Source: Escherichia coli (GTDB taxonomy: Bacteria; Pseudomonadota; Gammaproteobacteria; Enterobacterales; Enterobacteriaceae). From it: DNA of 64,000 bases. A program made the translations under genes and the position numbers. Below are positions 52,486-64,000 of this stretch, in pieces (within the stretch, counting starts at the first letter, position 1; the number at the start of each line of letters is the position of its first letter). The stretch lies in the NCBI RefSeq assembly GCF_003018255.1, contig NZ_CP027440.1; one strand, 5' to 3'. The notes beneath the pieces are model-generated. The model saw only the letters and a program-made list of their open reading frames with translations, did not search any database and was not told where the DNA came from.

Positions 52486-52818
52486 ATGAGCTTTTTTATT
52501 TCTGATGCGGTAGCGGCAACGGGTGCACCGGCGCAAGGTAGCCCGATGTCTTTGATTTTGATGCTGGTGGTATTCGGTCTGATTTTCTATTTCATGATCC
52601 TGCGTCCACAGCAGAAGCGCACCAAAGAACACAAAAAGCTGATGGACTCCATCGCTAAAGGTGATGAAGTGCTGACGAACGGTGGCCTGGTCGGTCGCGT
52701 AACCAAAGTAGCGGAAAACGGCTACATTGCTATCGCGCTGAATGACACCACTGAAGTAGTTATTAAACGTGACTTCGTAGCTGCCGTTCTGCCGAAAGGC
52801 ACCATGAAGGCGCTGTAA
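52486..52818 (+). CDS. yajC: Sec translocon accessory subunit YajC
   Basis: ATG 52486 (MSFFISDAVAATGAPAQ...), 110 aa, single TM. Confidence 0.93.
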   Translation: MSFFISDAVAATGAPAQGSPMSLILMLVVFGLIFYFMILRPQQKRTKEHKKLMDSIAKGDEVLTNGGLVGRVTKVAENGYIAIALNDTTEVVIKRDFVAAVLPKGTMKAL

Positions 52819-52845
52819 TTAAAATTTTTCCCTAAGGGAATTGCC

Positions 52846-54693
52846 GTGTTAAACCGTTATCCTTTGTGGAAGTACGTCATGCTGATCGTGGTGATTGTCA
52901 TCGGTCTGCTGTATGCGCTTCCCAACCTGTTTGGTGAGGATCCGGCTGTTCAGATCACTGGTGCGCGCGGAGTCGCCGCCAGTGAGCAAACGCTGATCCA
53001 GGTCCAGAAAACGTTACAAGAAGAAAAAATAACTGCTAAGTCTGTGGCACTGGAAGAGGGCGCTATTCTTGCGCGCTTCGACTCCACTGACACCCAGCTG
53101 CGCGCTCGTGAAGCATTAATGGGCGTTATGGGTGACAAATACGTCGTGGCGCTTAACCTTGCCCCGGCAACGCCGCGCTGGCTGGCAGCTATTCACGCTG
53201 AGCCGATGAAGCTCGGCCTTGACCTGCGTGGCGGCGTTCACTTCCTGATGGAAGTGGATATGGACACCGCGCTTGGCAAACTCCAGGAACAAAACATCGA
53301 TAGCCTGCGCAGCGACCTGCGCGAAAAGGGCATCCCGTATACCACCGTTCGTAAAGAAAACAACTACGGCCTGAGCATCACTTTCCGCGATGCTAAAGCT
53401 CGTGATGAAGCCATTGCGTATCTGAGCAAGCGCCATCCGGACCTGGTGATTAGCAGCCAGGGCAGCAACCAGCTGCGTGCGGTAATGAGCGATGCTCGCC
53501 TGAGTGAAGCGCGTGAATATGCGGTGCAGCAGAACATTAATATCCTGCGTAACCGTGTAAACCAACTTGGCGTGGCGGAGCCGGTGGTTCAGCGTCAGGG
53601 TGCTGACCGTATCGTTGTTGAACTGCCAGGTATTCAGGACACAGCGCGTGCGAAAGAGATTCTGGGTGCGACGGCAACGCTGGAATTCCGTCTGGTAAAC
53701 ACCAACGTTGATCAGGCCGCTGCGGCATCCGGTCGCGTACCGGGCGACTCTGAAGTGAAACAGACCCGCGAAGGTCAGCCGGTTGTGCTGTACAAACGCG
53801 TAATTCTGACCGGTGACCATATCACCGACTCCACTTCCAGCCAGGACGAATACAACCAGCCGCAGGTTAACATCTCGCTCGATAGCGCGGGTGGTAACAT
53901 CATGTCTAACTTCACCAAGGACAACATCGGCAAACCGATGGCAACTCTGTTTGTGGAGTACAAAGACAGCGGTAAGAAAGATGCAAACGGTCGTGCGGTT
54001 CTGGTGAAACAGGAAGAGGTGATTAACATCGCCAACATCCAGTCTCGTCTGGGTAACAGCTTCCGTATTACTGGCATCAATAACCCAAGCGAAGCGCGTC
54101 AGCTTTCACTGCTGCTGCGTGCCGGTGCGTTGATCGCGCCGATTCAGATTGTTGAAGAACGTACCATTGGCCCAACCCTGGGTATGCAGAACATTGAGCA
54201 GGGGCTGGAGGCTTGCCTTGCCGGTCTGCTGGTTTCTATTCTGTTCATGATCATCTTCTATAAGAAGTTTGGTCTGATTGCGACCAGTGCTCTGATTGCC
54301 AACTTGATCTTGATTGTCGGTATTATGTCGCTGTTGCCAGGCGCAACGCTGAGTATGCCAGGTATCGCGGGTATCGTCTTAACCCTTGCGGTAGCGGTCG
54401 ATGCGAACGTACTGATCAACGAACGTATTAAAGAAGAGTTGAGCAACGGACGTACTGTTCAACAGGCAATTGATGAAGGTTATCGTGGCGCATTCAGTTC
54501 CATCTTCGATGCGAACATCACCACGCTGATTAAAGTCATCATCCTGTATGCAGTGGGTACCGGGGCAATTAAAGGGTTCGCGATTACTACCGGTATCGGT
54601 GTGGCGACGTCGATGTTTACCGCGATTGTCGGTACGCGTGCCATCGTAAACCTGCTATATGGCGGCAAGCGCGTCAAGAAGCTGTCAATCTGA
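52846..54693 (+). CDS. secD: protein translocase subunit SecD
   Basis: GTG start 52846; 615 aa; large periplasmic domain plus C-terminal TM bundle. Confidence 0.95.
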   Translation: MLNRYPLWKYVMLIVVIVIGLLYALPNLFGEDPAVQITGARGVAASEQTLIQVQKTLQEEKITAKSVALEEGAILARFDSTDTQLRAREALMGVMGDKYVVALNLAPATPRWLAAIHAEPMKLGLDLRGGVHFLMEVDMDTALGKLQEQNIDSLRSDLREKGIPYTTVRKENNYGLSITFRDAKARDEAIAYLSKRHPDLVISSQGSNQLRAVMSDARLSEAREYAVQQNINILRNRVNQLGVAEPVVQRQGADRIVVELPGIQDTARAKEILGATATLEFRLVNTNVDQAAAASGRVPGDSEVKQTREGQPVVLYKRVILTGDHITDSTSSQDEYNQPQVNISLDSAGGNIMSNFTKDNIGKPMATLFVEYKDSGKKDANGRAVLVKQEEVINIANIQSRLGNSFRITGINNPSEARQLSLLLRAGALIAPIQIVEERTIGPTLGMQNIEQGLEACLAGLLVSILFMIIFYKKFGLIATSALIANLILIVGIMSLLPGATLSMPGIAGIVLTLAVAVDANVLINERIKEELSNGRTVQQAIDEGYRGAFSSIFDANITTLIKVIILYAVGTGAIKGFAITTGIGVATSMFTAIVGTRAIVNLLYGGKRVKKLSI

Positions 54694-54703
54694 GGAGTGC
54701 GAT

Positions 54704-55675
54704 GTGGCACAGGAATATACTGTTGAACAACTAAACCACGGCCGTAAAGTCTATGACTTTATGCGCTGGGACTACTGGGCTTTCGGCATCTCTGGTCTGC
54801 TGTTAATCGCCGCTATCGTTATTATGGGCGTGCGCGGCTTTAACTGGGGGCTGGATTTTACCGGTGGTACGGTTATTGAAATTACGCTCGAAAAACCGGC
54901 TGAAATTGACGTAATGCGTGATGCATTGCAAAAAGCCGGTTTTGAAGAGCCGATGCTGCAAAACTTTGGTAGCAGCCACGACATCATGGTCCGTATGCCG
55001 CCTGCTGAAGGCGAAACCGGCGGTCAGGTGCTGGGCAGCCAGGTCCTGAAGGTGATTAACGAATCCACCAATCAGAATGCGGCAGTGAAGCGTATTGAGT
55101 TCGTCGGTCCGAGCGTGGGGGCAGACCTTGCGCAAACCGGTGCGATGGCGTTGATGGCGGCGCTGCTGTCTATCCTCGTGTACGTAGGTTTCCGCTTTGA
55201 GTGGCGACTGGCGGCAGGGGTTGTTATTGCGCTGGCGCACGACGTTATCATTACGCTGGGTATTTTGTCGTTATTCCATATCGAGATTGACCTGACCATT
55301 GTGGCATCGTTGATGTCAGTTATCGGTTACTCGCTTAACGACAGTATCGTGGTATCGGACCGTATTCGTGAAAACTTCCGCAAGATCCGTCGCGGTACGC
55401 CTTACGAAATCTTTAACGTGTCCTTGACCCAGACGCTGCACCGTACCTTGATCACATCCGGTACTACCTTGATGGTTATCCTGATGCTGTACCTCTTCGG
55501 TGGTCCGGTACTGGAAGGCTTCTCGCTGACCATGCTTATCGGTGTTTCCATCGGTACTGCATCTTCCATCTATGTGGCATCTGCGCTGGCTCTGAAACTG
55601 GGTATGAAGCGCGAACACATGTTGCAGCAGAAAGTGGAAAAAGAAGGGGCGGATCAGCCGTCAATTCTGCCTTAA
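54704..55675 (+). CDS. secF: protein translocase subunit SecF
   Basis: GTG 54704 ([15 protein letters not shown]...), 323 aa; track ORF from 54659 overlaps the secD 3' end. Confidence 0.93.
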
Positions 55676-55695
55676 TCAAGTTTCAGCTGATGTTG

Positions 55696-55728
55696 AAAAT
55701 CCCGGTCAGAAGATCGGGATTTTTTTTG
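55696..55728 (+). terminator. intrinsic terminator after secF
   Basis: aaaatcccg-gtcagaagat-cgggatttt followed by tttt. Confidence 0.8.
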
Positions 55729-55804
55729 ATGTAAGGTGATTGCGAAAATCCCCGCATCTTGGGAAACTGCGCGTAACCCTACATTTCATCCAGGTAACTT
55801 TTTC

Positions 55805-56152
55805 ATGGCTATCATCCCAAAAAACTATGCGCGGTTAGAAAGCGGCTATCGCGAAAAAGCATTAAAAATCTATCCGTGGGTCTGCGGTCGCTGTTCCCGC
55901 GAGTTTGTTTATTCCAACCTGCGTGAACTTACCGTTCACCACATTGATCACGACCATACTAATAACCCGGAAGATGGCAGTAACTGGGAATTACTTTGTC
56001 TCTATTGCCACGATCATGAGCATTCGAAATACACCGAAGCGGATCAGTATGGTACGACCGTTATCGCAGGGGAAGATGCGCAGAAAGATGTCGGTGAAGC
56101 GAAGTACAACCCATTCGCTGATTTGAAAGCGATGATGAACAAGAAGAAGTGA
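55805..56152 (+). CDS. yajD: small HNH-motif nuclease-like protein YajD
   Basis: ATG 55805 (MAIIPKNYARLE...), 115 aa; Cys pair CGRC, HHIDHDH, CLYCHDHEH consistent with HNH zinc finger. Confidence 0.88.
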   Translation: MAIIPKNYARLESGYREKALKIYPWVCGRCSREFVYSNLRELTVHHIDHDHTNNPEDGSNWELLCLYCHDHEHSKYTEADQYGTTVIAGEDAQKDVGEAKYNPFADLKAMMNKKK

Positions 56153-56157
56153 TAAAA

Positions 56158-56185
56158 AATGCCGGATATGAAATCCGGCATTCTC
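56158..56185 (-). terminator. intrinsic terminator of tsx (hairpin shared with convergent yajD)
   Basis: tgccggat-atgaa-atccggca; on the minus strand it is followed by atttttta. Confidence 0.75.
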
Positions 56186-56189
56186 ACAA

Positions 56190-57074
56190 TTAGAAGTTGT
56201 AACCTACTACCAGATAACCACCCCAGCCGGTAGAGCGAACGTTGAAGTTGCCGTTGCCGAAGTTCAGTTCTGCATCGTCATTCCACTGACCACCGTTATG
56301 CCAGTAACGGGCAACGACAGAGTAGTGCCAGTGATCGTAATTCAGCGCCAGAATATGGCTGGACGCAATAGAGTTATTGGTACGTGTTTTAATACCGTTG
56401 TTCGCATAACCGCTGTCATCGCCCAGGTCGGAACCCCAGTCGAAGTTGGTGAAGCCGATGTAGCTCAGCTGGCCGCCCCACAGATCGGTAATCGGCACAA
56501 AGTACTTCACTTTGAAACGGTAACCGTCCCACTCGTTTTCGTTCGCTGCGCCGTAGTTCTGCCACTGGTATTTCGCATAGACGTTCATGGACAGGCTCAT
56601 CGGCAGACCAGTATCGATGTCGGTACCCAGACCCATGTACCAGGTGCTCTGGCGGCCATCTTTATTACGACCCATGTCGTAAATGTAGTTGTTCGCGAAG
56701 TACCACTCTTTGAACGGACCAAAGCTAAGGTCAGTATTGGTCAGCTTGTCGATGGAGAAACGCGGTTCGATTTCCATAAACAGCGGAGAACCGTGGTTCC
56801 AGATACCTTTTGCATCGGAGTTACCGCCGAAGAATACCGGCGCATCCGCATAACCATAGAAGTCGAACCAGTCTTTTTTAGCGAATGCTTCGTACTCAAG
56901 GTAGGTATCGTTGCGGAGCTGCGGTCCGAAACGGGTGTGATAGCTTCCGACAACGTTAACGCTCTGGTGCCACCAGTCGGAAAGATACTGCGGTTTGTCG
57001 TTTTCAGCTGCGTTGACAGTAAAAGACGAAGAGAGCGCCAGTACCGCACCGGCTGCCAGTAATGTTTTTTTCAT
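56190..57074 (-). CDS. tsx: nucleoside-specific outer-membrane channel Tsx
   Basis: ATG at 57072-57074 ([22 protein letters not shown] signal), 294 aa, C-terminal ...VVGYNF. Confidence 0.95.
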   Translation of the reverse strand: MKKTLLAAGAVLALSSSFTVNAAENDKPQYLSDWWHQSVNVVGSYHTRFGPQLRNDTYLEYEAFAKKDWFDFYGYADAPVFFGGNSDAKGIWNHGSPLFMEIEPRFSIDKLTNTDLSFGPFKEWYFANNYIYDMGRNKDGRQSTWYMGLGTDIDTGLPMSLSMNVYAKYQWQNYGAANENEWDGYRFKVKYFVPITDLWGGQLSYIGFTNFDWGSDLGDDSGYANNGIKTRTNNSIASSHILALNYDHWHYSVVARYWHNGGQWNDDAELNFGNGNFNVRSTGWGGYLVVGYNF

Positions 57075-57372
57075 ATGTATGCCACTGTTTGAAAATCCCT
57101 TGCGGGAGTGAAAAAGGCGCAAATTGCGTTTCTAAATATTTCGTATACAGAGGAGCCTATTATAAAAATCATTGCTCACAAAAATATGTTTCGTTTCACA
57201 GTTCTATCATTTACGTAATCGATTGCGTTCACGTTTACACACATTCGGGCGGGGATTGTACTGACTTTCACCCTTGTTGCAAACTTTTACTATCAATCCA
57301 GGTGATGTAAGCGGAGTAACAAAATGACGGAGAAAGATGTTGCGGGACGCACAATATCGCCCCGCAATACGT

Positions 57373-57912
57373 TTACTGCATAACAGGTTGAATGTCGTGG
57401 ATACGTACAAAGCCTAACTGATCCACAGACATACCCTTTAACTGTAACGGAATATCAACATCGCTGGGGGCGAGGACGCTGGCAGGTGCGTTAATCAATT
57501 GATTCTGCACATTGATTTCCTGAAAGTTGTCTATTGTTCCCTGAATTTGCCCATATTCAACGGTTCCGCTGAATGCGGGTAAAGGGTCATTGGATTCGCC
57601 CTGAATACGTAGCGTCAGGGTAGTGCCATCTGTGTCAGGCGTAATATTCACCAGCGACATACGTAAAGTACCGATCTGGCTTTCCAGTCTTGCTGGTGTT
57701 TTTGCTCCAGGCAGAAGGTAAACCCCACTGCTGGATTTTGCATTCAGCTTGTTTTGCTGAGTGATTTTGACCGTTTCTTTATTGAGTTGCGTCATCTCCT
57801 GGTTCAGCGTGCTGACGCTGTGTTTCATCTGTCGCACTTCACTTTGCTGCACACAGGCGCTAAGGCTGAACAGGCTTCCCAGCAGGAGCAGTCGAAAAAC
57901 GTTAGTATTCAT
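57373..57912 (-). CDS. yajI: lipoprotein YajI
   Basis: ATG at 57910-57912 (MNTNVFRLLLLGSLFSLSAC lipobox), 179 aa. Confidence 0.85.
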   Translation of the reverse strand: MNTNVFRLLLLGSLFSLSACVQQSEVRQMKHSVSTLNQEMTQLNKETVKITQQNKLNAKSSSGVYLLPGAKTPARLESQIGTLRMSLVNITPDTDGTTLTLRIQGESNDPLPAFSGTVEYGQIQGTIDNFQEINVQNQLINAPASVLAPSDVDIPLQLKGMSVDQLGFVRIHDIQPVMQ

Positions 57913-58026
57913 AGGTCGTCCCTTTCTCGTCGCAATTAGCCTAATGGTAGAGGGTAAAAGCAGTGAAAGCATCGATCCTTTATCTCAAAAGCGTTGCGCC
58001 TTTGTTGTATCGTCAGTTCAGGGTAA

Positions 58027-58512
<486 letters not shown>

Positions 58513-58515
58513 GCC

Positions 58516-59619
58516 GTGCAGGACGAGTATTACATGGCGCGGGCGCTAAAGCTGGCGCAACGAGGACGTTTTACCACGCATCCCAACCCGAATGTCGGGT
58601 GCGTCATTGTCAAAGATGGCGAAATTGTCGGTGAAGGTTACCATCAACGCGCGGGTGAACCGCATGCCGAGGTACACGCGTTGCGCATGGCCGGCGAAAA
58701 AGCCAAAGGCGCAACGGCGTATGTCACACTCGAACCCTGTAGCCATCATGGTCGTACGCCACCGTGTTGTGATGCATTAATTGCTGCGGGCGTGGCGCGC
58801 GTGGTTGCTGCAATGCAAGACCCCAATCCGCAGGTCGCTGGACGTGGACTTTACCGTCTGCAACAGGCTGGCATTGACGTCAGCCACGGGCTGATGATGA
58901 GTGAAGCTGAGCAATTGAATAAAGGCTTTCTCAAACGGATGCGCACCGGCTTTCCTTATATTCAGTTAAAACTTGGCGCATCGCTTGATGGTCGCACGGC
59001 GATGGCGAGTGGCGAAAGCCAGTGGATCACTTCACCTCAGGCGAGGCGCGACGTACAACGACTGCGCGCGCAAAGTCATGCCATTTTAACCAGCAGCGCC
59101 ACGGTGCTGGCGGATGATCCAGCCTTAACAGTGCGTTGGTCTGAACTGGATGAACAAACTCAGGGACTCTACCCGCAACAAAATCTCCGCCAGCCGGTAC
59201 GTATTGTGATTGATAGCCAAAATCGCGTGACGCCGGAACATCGCATTGTGCAGCAGCCCGGCGAAACCTGGTTCGCGCGTACGCAGGAAGATTCTCGTGA
59301 GTGGCCGGAAACGGTGCGTACCTTGCTGATTCCAGAGCATAAAGGTCACCTGGATCTGGTTGTACTAATGATGCAACTGGGTAAACAGCAGATTAACAGC
59401 ATCTGGGTGGAAGCGGGGCCAACGCTCGCTGGCGCATTGCTACAGGCGGGTTTAGTCGATGAGCTGATTGTCTATATCGCACCTAAACTATTAGGCAACG
59501 ACGCCCGTGGATTATGCACGCTGCCAGGGCTTGAGAAATTAGCCGACGCTCCCCAATTTAAATTCAAAGAGATACGTCATGTAGGCCCGGATGTTTGCCT
59601 GCATTTAGTGGGTGCATGA
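58516..59619 (+). CDS. ribD: bifunctional riboflavin biosynthesis deaminase/reductase
   Basis: GTG start 58516; 367 aa; CMP/dCMP deaminase zinc motif HAE...PCxxC. Confidence 0.95.
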
Positions 59620-59707
59620 TCTCCCGGCTCGAAAGGGAAGCAGCGCACGAAATATTATGCTAAAATCCGCCCCCCTGCGGGGCCATACTCGAACCCGAAG
59701 GAAGAAA

Positions 59708-60178
59708 ATGAACATTATTGAAGCTAACGTTGCTACCCCGGACGCTCGCGTCGCCATCACCATCGCGCGTTTCAACAACTTTATCAATGACAGCCTGCTG
59801 GAAGGTGCAATTGACGCACTGAAACGTATCGGTCAGGTAAAAGATGAAAACATTACCGTTGTTTGGGTGCCAGGTGCCTATGAGCTGCCGCTGGCGGCGG
59901 GTGCACTGGCTAAAACCGGTAAATACGACGCGGTGATTGCGCTGGGTACGGTTATTCGTGGTGGCACTGCCCACTTTGAATATGTCGCTGGTGGTGCAAG
60001 CAACGGCCTGGCGCATGTTGCCCAGGACAGCGAAATTCCGGTTGCTTTTGGGGTTCTGACCACTGAAAGCATTGAACAAGCGATCGAACGTGCTGGCACC
60101 AAAGCTGGCAACAAAGGTGCAGAAGCTGCACTGACCGCGCTTGAAATGATTAATGTATTGAAAGCCATCAAGGCCTGA
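59708..60178 (+). CDS. ribE: 6,7-dimethyl-8-ribityllumazine synthase
   Basis: ATG 59708 ([23 protein letters not shown]...), 156 aa (also called ribH); track ORF from 59612 is an extension. Confidence 0.95.
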
Positions 60179-60197
60179 AATTAGTAAGGGGAAATCC

Positions 60198-60617
60198 GTG
60201 AAACCTGCTGCTCGTCGCCGCGCTCGTGAGTGTGCCGTCCAGGCGCTCTACTCCTGGCAGTTGTCCCAGAACGACATCGCTGATGTTGAATACCAGTTCC
60301 TGGCTGAACAGGATGTAAAAGACGTTGACGTCCTGTACTTCCGTGAGCTGCTGGCCGGGGTGGCGACTAACACCGCATACCTCGACGGACTGATGAAGCC
60401 GTACCTGTCCCGTCTGCTGGAAGAACTGGGCCAGGTAGAAAAAGCAGTACTGCGCATTGCGCTGTACGAGCTGTCTAAACGTAGCGATGTGCCATACAAA
60501 GTGGCCATTAACGAAGCGATCGAACTGGCGAAATCGTTCGGCGCAGAAGACAGCCATAAGTTCGTCAACGGCGTACTCGATAAAGCAGCACCTGTGATTC
60601 GCCCTAACAAAAAGTAA
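60198..60617 (+). CDS. nusB: transcription antitermination factor NusB
   Basis: GTG start 60198; 139 aa; recognised as NusB. Confidence 0.95.
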
Positions 60618-60622
60618 TATCC

Positions 60623-60676
60623 AGGCCGGTAGATTCACGGAAGACCGTTCCATGATCGCCGGCCTTTTCTTTTTTA
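60623..60676 (+). terminator. hairpin plus U-tract between nusB and thiL
   Basis: ggccggtag...atgatcgccggcc imperfect stem followed by ttttcttttttt at 60665-60676. Confidence 0.6.
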
Positions 60677-60694
60677 CCTGCTGAGGCATAACGT

Positions 60695-61672
60695 ATGGCA
60701 TGTGGCGAGTTCTCCCTGATTGCCCGTTATTTTGACCGTGTAAGAAGTTCTCGTCTTGATGTCGAACTGGGCATCGGCGACGATTGCGCTCTTCTCAATA
60801 TCCCCGAGAAACAGACCCTGGCGATCAGCACTGATACGCTGGTGGCGGGCAACCACTTCCTCCCTGATATCGATCCTGCTGATCTGGCTTATAAAGCACT
60901 GGCGGTGAACCTAAGCGATCTGGCAGCGATGGGGGCCGATCCGGCCTGGCTGACGCTGGCATTAACCTTACCGGACGTAGACGAAGCGTGGCTTGAGTCC
61001 TTCAGCGACAGCTTGTTTGATCTTCTCAATTATTACGATATGCAACTCATTGGCGGCGATACCACGCGTGGGCCATTATCAATGACGTTGGGTATCCACG
61101 GCTTTGTTCCGATGGGACGAGCCTTAACGCGCTCTGGGGCGAAACCGGGTGACTGGATCTATGTGACCGGTACACCGGGCGATAGCGCTGCCGGGCTGGC
61201 GATTTTGCAAAACCGTTTGCAGGTTGCCGATGCTAAAGATGCGGACTACTTGATCAAACGTCATCTCCGTCCGTCGCCGCGTATTTTACAGGGGCAGGCA
61301 CTGCGCGATCTGGCAAATTCAGCTATCGATCTCTCTGACGGTCTGATTTCCGATCTCGGGCATATCGTGAAAGCCAGCGACTGCGGCGCACGTATTGACC
61401 TGGCATTGCTGCCGTTTTCTGATGCGCTTTCTCGCCATGTTGAACCGGAACAGGCGCTGCGTTGGGCGCTCTCTGGTGGTGAAGATTACGAGTTGTGTTT
61501 CACGGTGCCGGAACTGAACCGTGGCGCGCTGGATGTGGCTCTCGGACACCTGGGCGTACCGTTTACCTGTATCGGGCAAATGACCGCCGATATCGAAGGG
61601 CTTTGTTTTATTCGTGACGGCGAACCTGTCACGTTAGACTGGAAAGGATATGACCATTTTGCCACGCCATAA
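60695..61672 (+). CDS. thiL: thiamine-monophosphate kinase
   Basis: 325 aa; AIR-synthase-related fold; recognised as ThiL. Confidence 0.93.
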
Positions 61673-62168
61673 AGATGTCGCGAAAAGTCGCCTGAAAATG
61701 AGTAATCCGTGGCATCTGCTTGCTGTCGGATTCGGAAGTGGATTAAGCCCGATCGTTCCTGGCACGATGGGGTCGCTGGCGGCGATTCCCTTCTGGTATC
61801 TGATGACTTTTTTGCCCTGGCAGCTCTATTCGCTGGTGGTAATGCTGGGGATCTGTATCGGCGTCTATCTTTGTCATCAAACGGCGAAAGACATGGGCGT
61901 GCACGATCACGGCAGTATTGTCTGGGACGAATTTATTGGTATGTGGATTACGCTCATGGCGCTGCCGACCAATGACTGGCAGTGGGTTACCGCCGGATTT
62001 GTGATTTTCCGTATTCTGGATATGTGGAAGCCGTGGCCGATCCGCTGGTTTGATCACAATGTACATGGCGGCATGGGGATCATGATTGACGATATTGTCG
62101 CCGGGGTGATCTCCGCTGGCATCCTGTATTTTATCGGTCATCACTGGCCGCTGGGTATTCTGTCGTAG
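61650..62168 (+). CDS. pgpA: phosphatidylglycerophosphatase A
   Basis: 172 aa membrane protein; start overlaps the thiL 3' end by 23 bp. Confidence 0.93.
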
Positions 62169-62177
62169 TTGTGCACC

Positions 62178-62216
62178 GATGCCTGATGTGACGCTTGTCA
62201 CGTCTCATCAGGCCTG
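62178..62216. repeat. REP palindrome between convergent pgpA and yajO
   Basis: gatgcctgatgtgacgcttgtcacgtctcatcaggcctgc. Confidence 0.75.
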
Positions 62217-62221
62217 CATAC

Positions 62222-63196
62222 CTATTTAAATCCTACGACCGGATGCGGTTTATACGGCGTTTCCAGCTCGGCGATCTGTTCCGGCTTCAAGGTGATATCC
62301 ACCGCGTTTAGCAGTTCATCAAGCTGTTCCTCCCGAGAAGTTCCGATAATCGGTGCGGCAATGCCCGGTTTACTCAACAACCAGGCCAGCGCAACTTGTG
62401 CTCGCGTTGCACCAAGTTCTTCACTGACGCCCGTTAAGCGTTCTGCAATTTGTGCGTCATTTTCATTGCTTTCTTGGTAGAGATTTTTCCCCACTTCATC
62501 CGACACCAGCCGTGCGGTGGTTTCTCCCCAAGGACGCGTCAGACGGCCCCGCGCCAGCGGACTCCATGGAATCACCGCCACGCCTTCCTGATAACACAGC
62601 GGCAGCATCTCGCGCTCTTCTTCACGATAAATCAGATTGTAGTGATCCTGCATACTGACAAACTGCGCCCAGCCGTGCTGTTTTTGTAGTTCCAGTGCCT
62701 GAGCAAACTGCGAAGCGTGCATGGATGACGCGCCGATATAACGTGCTTTCCCGGCTTTTACCACGTCGTTCAGGGCTTCCAGCGTCTCTTCGATCGGCGT
62801 GTTGTAATCCCAGCGATGAATTTGCAGGATATCGACATAATCCATGCCGAGACGGAGCAGGCTGTCGTCGATAGAGCGCAAAATTTGTGCACGGGATAAT
62901 CCTTCCGGTAAATCACCAACGCGATGGAACACTTTGGTCGCAACGACCACGTCTTCACGACGGGCGAAATCCCGCAGTGCGCGACCGACGATCTCTTCGC
63001 TGCTGCCATCGGAATAGCTATTGGCGGTATCAAAGAAATTTATGCCGCCTTCCAGTGCGCGTTTAATGATGGGACGGCTGCTCTCTTCCGGCAGTGTCCA
63101 TGCGTGATTACCGCGATCTGGCTCGCCAAAGGTCATACAGCCGAGGCAAAGTCGGGAAACACGAAGGTCGGTTTTTCCTAAGGGGTTGTATTGCAT
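62222..63196 (-). CDS. yajO: aldo-keto reductase YajO
   Basis: 324 aa; AKR family (MQYNPLGKTDLRVSRLCLGCMTFG...). Confidence 0.93.
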   Translation of the reverse strand: MQYNPLGKTDLRVSRLCLGCMTFGEPDRGNHAWTLPEESSRPIIKRALEGGINFFDTANSYSDGSSEEIVGRALRDFARREDVVVATKVFHRVGDLPEGLSRAQILRSIDDSLLRLGMDYVDILQIHRWDYNTPIEETLEALNDVVKAGKARYIGASSMHASQFAQALELQKQHGWAQFVSMQDHYNLIYREEEREMLPLCYQEGVAVIPWSPLARGRLTRPWGETTARLVSDEVGKNLYQESNENDAQIAERLTGVSEELGATRAQVALAWLLSKPGIAAPIIGTSREEQLDELLNAVDITLKPEQIAELETPYKPHPVVGFK

Positions 63197-63250
63197 GCTG
63201 CCACTCCTGCCATGAATAATTTCTTAAGCATAGCAGGAGTAGAGTAGGGA

Positions 63251-64000
63251 TTATGCCAGCCAGGCTTTGATTTTGGCTTCCATACCGGTGGCATCGAGGC
63301 CGAGTTCGGCGCGCATTTCTTCCTGAGTTCCTTGTGGAATAAAGAAGTCCGGCAGACCAATGTTCAGCACGGGTACTGGTTTACGATGGGCCATCAGCAC
63401 TTCGTTCACGCCGCTGCCTGCACCACCCATAATGGCGTTTTCTTCTACGGTAACCAGCGCTTCATGGCTGGCGGCCATTTCCAGAATTAACGCTTCATCA
63501 AGCGGTTTCACGAAACGCATATCGACCAGCGTAGCGTTCAGCGATTCAGCGACTTTCGCCGCTTCTGGCATCAGCGTACCAAAGTTAAGGATCGCCAGTT
63601 TCTCACCACGACGCTTCACAATGCCTTTGCCAATTGGCAGTTTTTCCAGTGGCGTCAGTTCCACGCCAACTGCGTTGCCGCGCGGGTAGCGCACCGCGGA
63701 CGGGCCATCGTTATAGTGATAGCCGGTATAGAGCATCTGGCGACATTCGTTTTCATCGCTCGGGGTCATAATGACCATTTCCGGTATGCAGCGCAGGTAA
63801 GAGAGATCAAAAGCGCCCTGGTGGGTTTGACCGTCAGCACCAACAATGCCCGCACGGTCGATGGCGAACAGGACCGGAAGCTTTTGAATCGCCACGTCAT
63901 GCAGCACCTGATCATAGGCGCGTTGCAGGAAGGTGGAGTAGATCGCAACAATGGGTTTGTAGCCTCCAATCGCCAGACCCGCAGCAAAGGTCACTGCGTG
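63251..64000 (-). CDS. dxs: 1-deoxy-D-xylulose-5-phosphate synthase, C-terminal ~250 codons (5' part outside window)
   Basis: Frame open to window edge; C-terminus ...[16 protein letters not shown]; transketolase-like C-terminal domain. Confidence 0.93.
   Translation of the reverse strand, partial: HAVTFAAGLAIGGYKPIVAIYSTFLQRAYDQVLHDVAIQKLPVLFAIDRAGIVGADGQTHQGAFDLSYLRCIPEMVIMTPSDENECRQMLYTGYHYNDGPSAVRYPRGNAVGVELTPLEKLPIGKGIVKRRGEKLAILNFGTLMPEAAKVAESLNATLVDMRFVKPLDEALILEMAASHEALVTVEENAIMGGAGSGVNEVLMAHRKPVPVLNIGLPDFFIPQGTQEEMRAELGLDATGMEAKIKAWLA

Noticed and set aside
53116-53820. 234-codon minus-strand ORF inside secD
   Set aside because: Antisense to an essential, well-recognised gene; no motifs; a typical stop-codon-poor reverse frame.
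56298-57062. 254-codon plus-strand ORF antisense to tsx
   Set aside because: Entirely within tsx on the opposite strand; low-complexity translation; no independent support.

Overview
This window reads as a contiguous Escherichia coli K-12-like chromosomal segment running from the 3' end of mhpC to the 3' part of dxs (convergent, minus strand). Gene order is mhpC'-mhpDFE-mhpT-yaiL / frmBAR / yaiO-yaiX-yaiP-yaiS / tauABCD / hemB / yaiT-yaiV / ampH / sbmA-yaiW / yaiY / yaiZ / ddlA / iraP / phoA-psiF / dgcC(adrA) / proC / yaiI / aroL-yaiA-aroM / ppnP / rdgC / mak / araJ / sbcCD / phoBR / brnQ-proY / malZ / acpH / queA-tgt-yajC-secDF / yajD / tsx / yajI / nrdR-ribD-ribE-nusB-thiL-pgpA / yajO / dxs'. 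Identities come from my recognition of the translated ORFs (no search was run); starts were re-derived by reading the start codon and upstream Shine-Dalgarno in the DNA, which trims many long N-terminal extensions in the six-frame track. I found no rRNA, tRNA, CRISPR array, prophage or transposase. Non-coding features are REP/BIME palindromes, Pho boxes upstream of phoA and phoBR, TyrR/TrpR sites upstream of aroL, the frmR operator palindrome and several intrinsic terminators. Two loci that I recall as IS-disrupted in the MG1655 reference (yaiX by IS2, yaiT by IS3) are uninterrupted here, so the source is an IS-free or non-MG1655 background. No clearly new defence or mobile system is visible. 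The best candidate for an under-described system is the intact yaiO-yaiX-yaiP-yaiS module, whose motifs resemble a synthase-dependent exopolysaccharide machine, followed by the intact yaiT autotransporter with its adjacent Crp-family regulator yaiV.
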